DNA of 64,000 nt. It comes from Bigelowiella natans CCMP2755 (Eukaryota > Protista > Cercozoa). Numbering within the stretch: position 1 is the first letter of the stretch; each line of letters begins with the position of its first letter. Below, in pieces: positions 36,462 through 50,247 of the stretch. Under the pieces are notes generated by a model. That model had not been told where the DNA came from. It saw only the letters and a list, made by a program, of their open reading frames with translations, and ran no database searches. The translations under genes and the position numbers were made by a program. The DNA lies in contig ADNK01003331.1 of the NCBI GenBank assembly GCA_000320545.1, positions 22,577-86,576 on the forward strand, given 5' to 3'.

Positions 36462-37105
36462 GGCCGTAGGGGGTAGAGGAAGGATTTGTCATTAGGACAA
36501 AGCGACATCGCAGTCAAATCGATTTGGTAAAAAATAGAGGGCATTTCCATAACTTTAACAACTATATCTTAATGGTCCCCCCTTCGTATTTTTGCTAGAT
36601 CTATTTCGGCAAAACCGCCAAAAATCGGATTTTCCACGTGCGAAGAAGTGTGTTATTATTATTTACTCGTAGATCTACCTGGATCTGATAATAAATGAAC
36701 AATCAACTATCTGCTCTCCGGTTAGATCTAGATCTAGTCCAAAAAAAGTATCCCGTTTTCAGCCTAAAGTGCACACCTTCTTTTTCCTCTTTTGCTATTA
36801 TACCTGTAGCAACAACAACAAACAGCAACAAACAACAACTTGGAACATCGGCTGTAGCCAGTACGAGCACCACACAATTTGTTGTCACTATTGTTATTGC
36901 TGTTATTGTTGTTGCTGTTGTTATCGTTGAGTCATTATTGATAAATTGGAAACCGAATACTTCCTAGATCCAGTACAGACAAGAACATTGGATGATGATG
37001 ATGATGCGACAAGAACTGACAAACTGACGACAGAAAATTATTAAGACATTATTTCATCGTAGTAGGCGACGAGGCAACCACGAATCTCCCCCCCCTCTCG
37101 CCACC

Positions 37106-38989
37106 ATGCTCTACACAATAATATGCGCGACCGTGGTCGCAGCCTCCACATTATCAAGAGGTAGTATCGGTATTTCCAGAGGGGCAACAATATCACTTCA
37201 TGGTGCCCCTAGGCAAAGTACCAAAGTGAGAGCCATGGGGGAGGGACATTCCCCTACAGCAGGCTATTCTACGCTATTGCAAGCAGCTGGATCATCGAGT
37301 ATTCATCGGTCTCATCCAATTTTACCTTCGGTCTCCACTTTTAGTGCTGCTAATATGGCTGCTGCCCCTTCTTCTCCTTTGTATTCTTCGTCGTTGGTAA
37401 GCAGCCCAGGGAATTCAGCCAAAGGATGGCGACTGGAAAAAAGAAGTAGAAGAAGAAGCTCTTCACCTTGGCTCGGGCAGGCCAGAAGTAAGAGCAACGA
37501 GGAAGAAATTCACGACAATGGCGAAACATCTTCAAATCCAGTTGGCTTTGCCGTCGCGACGACGAAGAAACCACGCTCTCCAACTACTACTACTACTACT
37601 TTAAAGCTAAATAAAGCTGCGGATGTTGCAGGAGCTGCCATGGCTTTAGTTGGATCTTCGATGCTGTACCCATCTCTTGCCAACGCGGAGGCAATAACAG
37701 CAACTACTACTGCATTTTCTGGAGGTTTCTTGCAGGTGATATGTATGTATAATATAAATAATCATATGGAAGTAAATTTACATGTGAGTATGCTTTTACG
37801 TGCATACATACGTGCATGAAGTGTTGACCATAATGATGTTTATCTTTCATCATCTTAAGTGTTGGCCATAATGATTTCTGTCTTTCATCATCTGTGTGTG
37901 GGCATCGTAGGCCCTCTCTTTGGTATTTGCGTCCGAGATTGGCGACAAAACGTTCTTTATCGCCGCACTACTGGTTGGATTTTATACAACACAGATAGTA
38001 TTCTGCCATAATAAGCAACACGATTTTTCGATACTACTACTTGTGAGAAATCTGCCATAATAAGCAGCACATTTTTAGATACTGCTGGTGAGAAATCGTG
38101 GTCGTGAGTCAATTGTTGATGGTGGAATAGAATGACGATAATAGCAGCAAAGTGGAATAATGTTGAAGTGGTTCCTTGGTGGAATAGAATGACGATAATA
38201 GCAGCAAAGTGGAATAATGTTGAAGTGGTTCCTTCTTGGAATCGACTTCTTGTTGTTGTCCATTTTTCGTGATTCACTAATTTCTCACATTGTGGTTATT
38301 AGTCTATGCGATCTTCCCGGTTACTTGCCTTTGGAGGCTCGATGTTGGCCTTAATCACAATGACAATTATCTCAGTTCTGATTGGGCAGGTGGTGTACTA
38401 TAATACAGCTGTACTACGTACGTAGCCGTATCAGCAATAAAAGAGCTGGAGGTGGTGATGGCGGTGGTGTTGGTGCGTCCACGAAGAAATGGTTTGAACA
38501 TTGCAATTTCGTAGTAGTAGTATGTATCTAAAGGAGATAAAAGAATAGAGGCAGCCTACTAGACTGCAAAAGTGACTCAAAGACTGAATAAGAACTACTA
38601 TGGTCCTCCTCCTCCTCCTCCTCCTCCTCCTCCTCCTGCTCAGATCTTCCACAATGTTCCTGCTTCACTAACTGGGGGCCTTCCATTAGACGATTATGCA
38701 GCAATTGCCTTTCTAGGATACTTTGGAGTCAAATCTCTCATTGTAACCTGCTGCTGCTGCTGCTGCTGCATAGTGTACTCATTATGTCGTGAGGAGGGAG
38801 GGAGAATCTGCTGCCTGCCCTATCTGGAAATTCTTCTTCAAGTCGAGTTCTTTAATTTGCCTACTATTATATACAGGATGCGTACAATCTGCCGGACGAT
38901 TCTGCTGGTGTAGATGATGAGCTAGAGGTAATGATATAATGAGTATTTCAATTCTTTGTGGAAGCACTCTATCCTCCCCCCACTTCTCT

Positions 38990-39051
<62 letters not shown>

Positions 39052-39600
39052 ACTCTGAAAGAGAGAGAGAGAGAGAGAGGCAAAGACCAGTACCTTGTCA
39101 TAATTATCAGTATTTCAGCTGCTGCAACGCACACACATGACGACTACTACTTCTCATATACTAACTTCTTTTCCCTCCGTACACACATGACGACTACTAC
39201 TTCTCATATACTAACTTCTTTCCCTCCTCTAATAATAAATAAATAGGAGGCTGAAAAGGATGTAGCAGGTACTAAGGGCGATACACAGATTCAGCTGCTC
39301 CTCGAAGCATTCACTTTGGTAGCACCTAGCAGCATTTATAGATGAGAGTCACCTTATCATTCATCAACCACTTTTATTCCTTACAACACACGTATAATGC
39401 TGATGCAATAATTGGAGATAATGATGTTGTTTGTGCGTTGTCGTGTGTGTTATCAGGTTTTTACAGCTGAACTTGGAGATCGCTCGTTTCTGGCGACAAT
39501 CGCTTTGAGCGCAGCACAAAATCCTGTTATGGTAAGTGAAAATCAACCCTATCCTGCGGCCATTTTACATTCATAAACACAAATGCACACACACAAATGT

Positions 39601-39638
<38 letters not shown>

Positions 39639-40012
39639 TATATATTATTTGTGTGTGTGTGTGTGTGTGTGTACATATGTCGGTATGCTGTAATACTTTC
39701 CCTTCCTTATACAATTAGCATTTTATAAAAGAAAGAATTATAGACTTTTTCATCATGCCGCAGAGTGAGAGTGATTAGTGTCATCGTTTTGCTGGTGAGT
39801 TTTGTTATCTCATTGAAGAAATCTGTTGGTCGCATCGTATAATGATATTAATAAATTATAATAAAAATAATATTAAGGTTGCATCTGGAGCTATATTAGC
39901 TCACAGCCTAGCTACTGGCATCGCTGTTGCGAGTGGTGCCTTACTCGCAAAATACATCTCAGAGAAGGTTGTCTACCAGTAGAAGATATTACACACACAC
40001 ACACACACACAC

Positions 40013-40094
<82 letters not shown>

Positions 40095-40304
40095 CAATGC
40101 AAGCATTTAGTAGTCATTGTAAGAGATATAGATTGTAGAGAATCCAAACAGTACCCTTTTTCCTTCCCCTCCTCCTCCTCCTCCCCTTTCTCTTCTTCTC
40201 AATGTACTTCTCCTTTGTATGTGATTGTTGTCAAGGTTGTTGGGTACGTTGGAGGAAGCCTCTTTCTCGCATTTGCTGTCACCACAGCCTTGGGATTATT
40301 TTAA
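37106..40304 (+). CDS. GDT1/UPF0016 (TMEM165/PAM71-like) Mn2+/Ca2+ transporter with long N-terminal targeting leader
   Basis: Two signature motifs [14 protein letters not shown] and [14 protein letters not shown]; [11 protein letters not shown]; [13 protein letters not shown]...[19 protein letters not shown]; GT-AG introns; stop TAA 40302-40304. Confidence 0.95.
38120..38234. repeat. Exact 57-bp intronic tandem duplication
   Basis: tggtggaatagaatgacgataatagcagcaaagtggaataatgttgaagtggttcct twice. Confidence 0.9.
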
Positions 40305-40319
40305 AATTTTGCTGTGTGG

Positions 40320-41100
40320 GTTTGTCATTGCAATCGTCATCGAAGCTACTTAAACCCGGTTGAAAATAAGACATCATGAGATCGAGATATAACTCAAATT
40401 GTGTGCCTACTACACCGAGATTTGCTTGCGAGTCTTTAATGCGATGATAGCCATGTACGAACGCCGCTGTGAGTCGTGCAGATGTTGATGCTGCCCATAT
40501 GATATCGGATCGATCGCATCATGAGGCGGACAGGGCATGCTATCCCAGTCACACTCCGTGCGCTGTACATTGCCAGATTGCCACCAGCTATCATTATAAC
40601 CGGCGGCAGACACTATGAGACGGATGCAATGAAATGTTTGAATTTTTTTCAATTGTCATCCTAATGTAGCTGCAGACACTATGCAACCGTTGTCAGTTGC
40701 AACTAGCACCGTATGCATATCTAGATACATGTGTACACGCCGAAGCCAATGACTAGCAATTAGCAATTCAAGCAATGCCGTCTGAGCGCTGTCTAGCTAG
40801 CTAGCTGTGGCCGCTGCCTTGCTAGTTTGCATATGGTCACATTAGAATGACCATTGAAAAGATTAAACAATTTCATTATGTCTAGATCTAGAGATGTCCG
40901 TCTCATCATGCACATGTGCATGCATGTTTGGCGTTTGCATGTTCACATGCACATTACGTACATGTAGTGTGGATCTTGTAAGTACAAGTAGTGCAGCATG
41001 TGTACTTTCATCGATGATGCGATGGCGCTGTCTGCCCCCTATACAAGCTGTAATTCGAACAAACAAAATAGCAAGCAGATGGTGCCATTGCTTTTTGCTT
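40320..41100. other. Partially TpA-depleted intergenic tract between convergent genes
   Basis: Excess TGCA, CATG and CTAG (ctagctagctagct ~40793, cacatgtgcatgcatg ~40911); depletion is incomplete. Confidence 0.5.
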
Positions 41101-41208
41101 ATTGCTGATTGATGTAAACACTTATTAGCTTGTTGTATATCGTATCATGCACAGAAAGTAAACACTTATTAGCTTGAAGTCTATCTCATGCACAGAAAAC
41201 AACAGACT

Positions 41209-42620
41209 CTAGGGGGAAAGTATGTCCTCTTCAATAACCGTCATTGGTATTAAGTGTGGGTCTTCATAGGCACTAATCCCTTTAATTTTCTCCGTCAAAC
41301 ACATGATTCTACTGCAACTGATGGTTTCCCTGCTCTCTTGCTGCCCTAGACGAATGGACGCCGTTGAAAACCGTTGATCAGAAGTAACAGCCACTCTAGA
41401 AGATGATCTCGAAAGAAAGTACTCCCCGCCGAGCTTTCTCCACTCCACAGCAGCATTATAACGTTTTTTGCCCTCGACGGCACAATGTTCGTGGTGGTCT
41501 TTCATGAAACCCTTCATCAATCGTTGTTCCTAAAATAAGTATGGGATGTGAGCAATGATAAGGTTGGATATAGAGTTTTTACCAAAGGTAGCCTTTGTGC
41601 GTGTTTGTTTCTATTCAAAGTATCCTTGCTGAACAGCTGTATAAATACGTTAAGTCCTTCTTCGTAATCCTCCCGGCTGCATATAGTCGCAGCACCATGA
41701 TCGCCCTTACCAACATGCAAGTAACTACGGAGGCTTTTGAAGGTGCAAGACCACTCCTGAGGCGGTATCAGACCAGTTTTCTTTTTCCATAGAAGATATT
41801 CACGCATTAGTTGTACTTCCCGAGGTGCCTTGGGACAAAACCAAATCACATGCACTTTCATCTGCTGCCCGATTTTCTCGAAGTACTCTCCACACTGGAA
41901 AATGCAGGGCGTATCATTTGGAAGAGGTAGTAAGCGCTCAAGCTCTACAACTCCGTTTCTTACCTGTTTGTTCAATAGAATCTGGTCGCCTAAGTTGTGT
42001 CGTAGCAAGCTCATAGAAGTCTTCCACTGAGAAGAATGCTCGCAGAATGACGACGATGACGACAACGAAGACGATAACGGATTTCCGATATCGCTAGCAT
42101 CGTGGCATCTCTTCTGCTTAAGGCACTGGCGTACAGCTTTGATATTGTCGGAGGCTTTCGGACAAATAAAAATGATATGTCTCTCGATAAAGCGTTTCCT
42201 CGTAATTTTCTTTTTGCACCCCTCGAAAGGGCAGGTGGAACCATCGCATCTGTTCAGGGGGGGGGCAACAGCTGGGAGCTCGGTAGAAGAAGTATCAGAT
42301 GGTACGGTAGCAGAGTGGCATGTTTTTAGCAGGAACATGCACTCCTCAGCCACTTCCATGATCACGGGGTAAAAAAGAGCTCTAAATTCTGAATTTGAGA
42401 GCTGAGAAAGGATGGTGGTCCTAGAATCACCAGTAGTAGTACCATCAACGTCCTCGCCACTGATACTACAGTCAATGTTTCCTATCGGTAGGCCCCCCCA
42501 TTGTCCAAATTCACGGATTAGAATCGCTTTTGCTTTTTTGTACGACATTTTTTCCAACACCTTGGGGTCGTCCATTGTCAAAAATGCTTCATATAAGATC
42601 TCCCTTGCCCTTTCTTCCAT
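41209..42620 (-). CDS. Hypothetical ~452-aa protein with two C2HC-type zinc-finger-like motifs; two exons (42620-41583, 41529-41209)
   Basis: A 53-nt GT-AG intron (41582-41530) joins ORFs 41517-42827 and 41209-41520 in frame (RLPL/EQRLMK). Motifs CPFEGC-x11-HIIFICPKA and CIFQC-x13-HVIWFCPKA. Confidence 0.7.
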
Positions 42621-43285
42621 TGTAATGTGGCTCAAAAGAATAAAAAAAGAGACTAGATGAACTTTAGGAGCAATGACGATGTTCAATGGAATTGTTTCTG
42701 CATTCAATTCCTGAGGCTGGCAACCTGAACGAGGGGAAGGAGGGAAAGGCCGATCCGAGACTTTAGGGACGACGTGGGATGATGACGCATGTATGAAATC
42801 CCCTTTGTTTATTGAATTTGTCAACACTCGTCACTAGAAACGCCGCCCGTTTAAGTTATTTATTTATTTCCAGAAGGAATACATGGGAATTTAAGGAAGA
42901 GTCAATTTTATCTCTCTGTCGCAGGATAGAAATTGCGAAAGAGTATGGTGCATGGCCGCCCTTCCAGTGGTTGTGTGTGACCGATCGGAAAGCAAAGACG
43001 GAGAAAGCCATGCTTGGATTTTCAACACAGCACAAGAAAAATGACGAACCTACACCTGACGAACATATACCACTTGTACGTCTAGACGATTCATCGTGGA
43101 CACATGGTTTCTCAGTTGGCGAAGGTGGTGACGAACGTAAAATTTGAAGGGGGGGTTCGGTAATGTCATCAATACGATTGGATAAAAGACATAATACAAT
43201 TTTAATTTTTCGACTAAGTCTTCTTTTCTTATGGAAGCATGTTTTTCCTTTTTCAAACCGAAAAAAAATATGTGATTTTGCTCAG

Positions 43286-44189
43286 GGGACAAACTACAGC
43301 GAATGGAAACAATCGCACGAAGTAAAGATGCAATGCTAGATGATATGGAGGTGAGGGGGGAAAGAAGCGATTAATTCATCATCATGATCATCATGATCAT
43401 CATCACCATCATCATCATTATATTTCATCGCATGTTGCTTAAGGCAATTATGAATGAGCGACGTAAAAACGATAACACTAAAGACTTATTAAAAAGACGT
43501 GTTGTCTGAAGCAACATGTATGTGTCAACGGAAACAACGCCGATTTTCTCTCCAGCCTGAGCACAAACGCCATGATAACATACAACCGAGGAAGAATAAT
43601 TTGCTTTATCTTTGATGCAGAATTTGAATAGAGTAGACGATTATTATTGTATTTCCGATTGCAACTCAAACTGAAACGTGCGTGTTGTTTGTTTGTTTGT
43701 ACTACTACATTTTCTCTTCTTCTTTTCATGCAATTTAATAAGTCGGCTGTAGATCGTTTAGGTTTTATTGCGTCAACAATCCGCAGTGAGGTGTGCATCT
43801 TGTGTATTCATTTACATAATCGAAATCCCTTTGACGACATCGTCATTTTCACCGTACAACTTCATTGATCAGGTGATAGAACACAACGATATGCTAGACA
43901 CTTTGGATCAAGACATTGATGAAGCAGACGAGGTTAGAAAAAAGCAAGCTTGTTAGCATTTAGATGACATGATTACTCTTTCTCAGCGGATGGGCTCAAC
44001 AATGAAGAAAATAACCAAGTTACTCGGCACGTCTGACAAAGGACGGTATGATGGCATCGTGTATTTAGTAGCCTCTTCCTGTGTGTTATAAAACTCAACA
44101 GTCTATCCCTTTTCTACACCAGGTTATGCTGTATCTTCTGGCTCATAGTTATCAACGTAATCTTAATAGTTATATTAATATTTTTTTGA
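43286..44189 (+). CDS. Qc-SNARE, syntaxin-6/SYP6-like (5' exons may extend to ~42870)
   Basis: Exons DKLQRMETIARSKDAMLDDME / SAVDRLGFIASTIRSE / VIEHNDMLDTLDQDIDEADE / RMGSTMKKITKLLGTSDKGR / LCCIFWLIVINVILIVILIFF*: SNARE heptad plus C-terminal TM anchor. Confidence 0.85.
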
Positions 44190-44449
44190 CTTTTTTGAAG
44201 TTGAGAGATTAGTTTCCACCAAACCAATCCTTCCGTGCCCTATCACGAGCACCCAGTTCCAGTGTTACATGTCTGTGTCTATAAATTTATTTATTTTCCA
44301 CATCTATCTATGTATGCGTGCGTTTTTGTCTATTCCTTAGTTGTAACGATGATGCTATTTGTTATTAGCCTATCCCGTGTTTGCAGTTATCTTGTCGATA
44401 GAGAAGCAATGAGTTTTTCAAATTGTAGCGGTAGTGTAATGACAGCGTC

Positions 44450-45400
44450 ATGCATAACAGCGTTTGTATATTTGTGTATGTGTGCAACACTATCTCCGCG
44501 AATGCTAATCATGCAACTTACACACGTATTCACATGCGCTTTGTCGAGAGTACTGCTCCCGCAAAGCTAAGGTTACACTGCAGCTAGCTGGACTTGTTTC
44601 TTTGACCTCTTTAGACTGCTAGAACGTCGTTGACGTAGTAGTAGCAAACCCCATAAACTCCCTAGCTTGCTCAGACCAAATCGTACGTTGGCCCGCTATA
44701 GCTAGCTAGCCCGCCTCCATTCCCTAGATTCATGGATTTGCTATTAAGACGTAGCCACGCAACTTTTAGCAACACGTACGTACGACTATAGAAACAGCGA
44801 AACAGCAACGTAACCAATCATCAAGAACGGTGGATGACTACATTAGGCGCATGCATCGCAGCTATAATAGCTCATTCATGTGCCATTCCTAAATTCTAGC
44901 ATTGTAGTCGCTGCGCAATGTGGTGTGTGAATTGGTGCATGCGCAGCGCGCAGGCCTACACTGTGTACACGCCTGCACGTACACATGCACGTCTAGATGT
45001 GTGTTGCGGCTATCCAGCTACACTGCATGTCTGTCACCACGTGATACGATGTGTGCGCTAGTGTACAAGTGCTAGCTAGTGTGTGCTAATGTATGCTGTT
45101 AATGATAGTCGCGCGCTAGCCAGCTAGCCCTAGAGCCAGTCAGTCGCGCTGCTGCGTATAGTTATCTTGCTGTGCTAACACAACAGTGCAAACTATAAAA
45201 CTAAATTCACGATGCTGCTGACAGCTAGATAATGCTGCTGATGCGATGCCATGCTGCTACGCTGCTGCGGCTTGCTAGCTCATAAGCTTGTGACTACTAG
45301 ATTAAAGCGTCATGCAGCATGTGCGCGCACATCACACCCTAGCACCGGCCATGCAAACATATTGCCCGGTACGGTGGTAGTTGTTGCATTTTCGCGATTT
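44450..45400. other. Partially TpA-depleted, CTAG-rich intergenic tract between convergent genes
   Basis: Many gctagc/ctag words and TGCA/CATG/GCGC runs, strongest at ~44900-45360. Confidence 0.55.
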
Positions 45401-45512
45401 TAGATTCTTATCTGATTCAACGTAATCGCGAGATACAACTTTCAAATCACCAGTGTTATTTCGTTCAGGGCACCAAACCATCCTACATTTCCCCAAGTAT
45501 ACACTACGAATT

Positions 45513-45546
<34 letters not shown>

Positions 45547-46046
45547 AACTACAATTACTTTATTTAATATCGATAATAATATCGTAACTATTGCCACTCT
45601 ACCTCTCACTAAAATAACCAATACTAAGGGTACATAAATTATCGCAATTATCGGCGAGATCGACGAGGAAAAAGAAACAGCTCGTACGACTTGGTACTAT
45701 TGGAAATACTTTGGTAGGCGGATTGGTGGAAGAAGATTAGAGAGGATGATGATGCCAGGGCATCTTTATAAAGATACCCTCCTTCTTCTTCATCATCATC
45801 ATCTTCTTCCTTACAGTTACAATCAAATCTACTATGTAGACACATCATACTGCTCTACTTGCCGTGAAGGCTTTAATTAACGACTACACTATTGAAAGAA
45901 TATCGATAATAAATAAATATAGCATATGTTGCTGCTGTATAGATTGCTAGATAAAATATGATAGTGTTCATTCAGTTTTTCTTCTCATACTATATTTAAA
46001 ACAAATTCATAATTCTTCATGACCGATGCTTGATCACACAAGATCA

Positions 46047-46486
46047 TCATGTATTATTACTTTTTCGCTTGTTCCCTCGTGAGTGTATGCGTTGGTGTTG
46101 CGAGAAGGTGCTCCTTTGTGCAAATCTTTTGTCGCACTTGTCGCATTTGTAGGGCTGCAGCAGTAGCAAGCACATTGTTTGTTATTCAACAATACATCAA
46201 TACATCAAATAGAAAAAGAGAGTTTCCGTCAGCATCAGCATCATAATAAAGAGGAGAAACGAGCCAGAGGAAGAAACGATACACACACATACCGCCGTGA
46301 GTCAATGCAACACAATCAAGAATGAATAAATGAACGTTTGTTCCCTCTTCACTCCCCTATACTACTAACTAGCCCTCTCCTCTCACTAAGTTTCTATGCT
46401 CACACAAATGCCTACTGATAGCGGCTAGTATATTGTGTTTTCAGAATGCCCAATTAAATAGATTATATGCATATTAGCATGAATTG

Positions 46487-46522
<36 letters not shown>

Positions 46523-47477
46523 GTGTTACTACTAACTACTACTACTACTACTACTAACACCTTTTCGCCGGTATGGGTCCTTATATGTTGTATAAGATTT
46601 GATTTTTGGTTGAATCTCTTAGTACAGTGCTCACACGCTGTGATAGTTAGTAGTAGTAGTAGTAGTAGTATGAGATAGTAAGTTTATATCTGCAAATACA
46701 TGCACTGTAATGCAAGTACATTCATCTGTTTGATATGATTATGCTAGAAGATGATGCAATTCTGAGCGACGATGTTAATATTGACTCATTATTAGCTGTT
46801 ACTGACCGTAAGGTTTTTCCCCCGTGTGGATGAGATAGTGACGCTTTAAATTATATTTATGATTAAATCTCTTACCGCACTGCTGACAGGTAAATGGCCG
46901 ATTAGCGGTGCTTCCTCCACTACCCCCCCCCCCCCCTCCTCCTCCTCCTCTTGTAGCAGTACTACTATTCATGACCCCCCTGTCGCCAGGTTGACTACTA
47001 CTACTACTACTACTATTTGTAGTAGTAGTTATCATCATCGATGATCCTGAGGCTGCTGCAACCGCGGCTGCGGCTGCTGCTGCTGCTGATGTTATGTCTA
47101 CAAATGATGATGATGACAAAGGAGGACGAGGAGGAGGAGGAGGAAGAAGAAACAACGTTAATAGATAGAAATAGCAACCCGTTTAAGGAGAGATATGATG
47201 ACGGTATGATAGATAGATAGATAGTAGGTGTGTCGTGATAAGTATTAGTAAGTCATACTGCTGGATGTGGATGGAAGGAACACACCGGCAGCAGCAGCAG
47301 CAGCAGTAGTAGTAGAAGTAGTCATCGTCTTTTGCTGGTGTACGTTACCAAGGCTGACGCCACTAACAATGTTCTTCAGTCTTGAATTATTCTTCATATC
47401 ACGCTGTTAAATTTATTGAATTTGATTAGCTATTGCCTTGTTGTTGTTGTTGTTGTTGTTGTTGTATGATGGCGATC

Positions 47478-47510
<33 letters not shown>

Positions 47511-47764
47511 GTGGAAAACAGCTTCTGGTGCTAGCCATCGATGATACCGATAATAGTAGGTTATTATAACACATAATATGATTATTGAATCATCATCATT
47601 ATCATCTTTTGTCGTCACCATCGTCTTATGCTACTATTGAATCATCATCATCATCATCATCTTTTGTCGTCACCATCGTCTTATGCTACTACTACTACTA
47701 CTATTGAATCATCATCATCATCATCTTTTGTCGTCACCATCGTCTTATGCTACTACTCCTACTG

Positions 47765-47801
<37 letters not shown>

Positions 47802-49247
47802 CTACGTTCCTACTCCAATATCATCATCATCATCATCATTATGGTGCTGTAATACCCAACCTTTGAATCTCTTCTCCCTAGTCCTCCTTCCTCTGCTGCT
47901 GCTGCTGCTGCTGCTGCCCCTCCTCCTCCTCCTCCTCCTTTATTGTTTGGGATGACTAGGAATGGAGCTGGAAGGCCAGTGCTAGATGCCCAAGCATAGC
48001 TAACACCATTCATCTTATTCATGGACGATGACGACGAGGGTATCTGTAACGGTGTATTTCCTTGAACAGGGATGCGCATTCTCTGTATGCAGTAGCGAGA
48101 TACAACAAAATCATTCTCTGTACCGATATATAATATAATATAATATAATATGGTATAGATCATAGAATAATTAATAACAATTAAATAACAATTAAATAAT
48201 GATAATAATAATAATTATAGTACTACCTGTAAAAGGAACACGGGAGAGAAGTTGAGTCGCTTTGAAGAATGGTTGGTTTTTGTGTCGTTACGGTTGTTAT
48301 TGGTACCACTAGTTCCAGTAATGACACTACTACCTCTACTCCTTGTATTCAATTTATTCTTATTATTTTCAGAAGAAGTAGAAGAAGAAGAAGAAGAAGA
48401 AGAAGAAGGACCTCCAACTGTAAGTGGCGAGCTGTTAATATTTCTGCTACCACCAGCACCCTCACCATTGCTTCTGCTGGTGACTGCTATACCACCGCCA
48501 TGTTGATGCTGCTGCTGCTGTATTCGAGCCCCCCTTCTTGCTCTTTTCCCCCCTCCTCCTTCTCCTCCTCCTTTTTTAGCCTCATTATTATGTTGTGCAG
48601 TGACTTTCTGTCTCTGCTGCTGTTGGGTATTGACGCTAATACTTTTTTTTCCGCCAACACTGCTGCTACTAATACTACAAGCACTATTACTAATACTACG
48701 ACTACCACTTGAACCTTCGTTCTTAATATTATTATTTCTGAAGGAGGAAGTAGTAGTACCACCCTGTGCAGCAGCAGCAGCCGCAGTAGCACTGTTATTG
48801 TTACTATTATTATTCCCCGTGACTACTAGTACTCGTGCAGTACCTCCTGCAGCAGTAGCATCCCTATGACTGTTTATATTGTTGTTGCTGCTACTAACCC
48901 CATTTCCACCACCACCATCAGAAATAGCGGCTGTGCTTACTATATTTTGAATACCTAAAATAATTGTGTCATTAGCACTAGCAGGAATAAAAAGGGGGGG
49001 TGGGGGGGGGGGAAGAATCGTGCTCGATCTGATCAACCCAGCAAAAAGTGAAGTGTTGTTGATAATTGTGCTAATAAGTAATAAAAATTGTGACAACTGA
49101 CTGACTAAAAATAGTAGTAGGTAGGTAGGTAGGTAGGTACCTTCCAAGCTAGGTATTTGTATCGATTGCATGCCTGGTGGTATTGGAGGTACACCAGAAA
49201 TAACAACGGGAAAGCTACTCACCAGCCTACTGCTGCTGCTGCCGTTA

Positions 49248-49278
<31 letters not shown>

Positions 49279-49584
49279 TGGTGAGGGGACCTCCTTCGTT
49301 AATGGAAGAGTGCTGGTGTTGTTGCTGCCGCTTGAGAGACAACGAGGATGGCGGATTAGAGGGGTTAGGGTGGTTTTGCCGGTTGTTTGAGGACGACGAC
49401 AGCATGTCTGATGAAGAAGTTACCTGAAAGTAGAAGTAGATCATCATCACTGGTATCATCATGTGCATTTATCTTCCATGCTACCATGATGCTCTTGATT
49501 GGAAAAACGTGCCATTTGATGTTATACATGCAAAAACTCGATGACAGTTTGTTCAATATTGCACAACGTCGAACCCAAAGAGAA

Positions 49585-49645
<61 letters not shown>

Positions 49646-50247
49646 CAGACAGGGAGAAGAGGTGTGCATTTACTACCATAGTCGTTCCAGGAATGGCGGG
49701 AATGGTTGGAAGTGAAGAAAGGGACGACAATGTACAAATTGCGTTAGAATTATTTGCAGTTGTTACTATAGAAGAAGCCGTTGCTGCTGCAACGTTAGTA
49801 AGAGCAGACGTTAATGCTGTTGAATCGGCGGCACCGGACAAAGAGATGAGACTGGGGAGGGTGCCGGGAAGGGGGGGCAGTAGGGTCATCCCGACATTGT
49901 TTCCCTGTCGTCATAATTAAACGTTAGCGGTAGTTCAATAGGATTAAAATGAATTAAAACTTGCACATGGATCAAATATAAACAAAAAGCGAGTTTGAAT
50001 CGTGTCCTACGTTTGTGGACGAATTTCCCGTGTTAGGGCCCTTGCTATCCTTATTATTGCCCACTTTTACTACTGCTGCAGATCTGCCCAGTGATTTGGA
50101 TATCGATATCGACGTTCCAGCTGGTGGAGAGAGAAGTGATGAGGAATCGTCTTCTTCCAACTGCGGAATCCCCCCCCCGTTTTTTGAGACTATCGTAGGT
50201 AATCCCAACGAATGCTCGCTACTATTATTTGGGTTGTTTACGATCAT
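46047..50247 (-). CDS. C2H2 (Kruppel-type) zinc-finger protein with long low-complexity N-terminus (5' exons approximate)
   Basis: Three fingers with HTGEKPY linkers: [29 protein letters not shown] / [26 protein letters not shown] / [24 protein letters not shown]; stop TGA at 46047. Confidence 0.88.
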
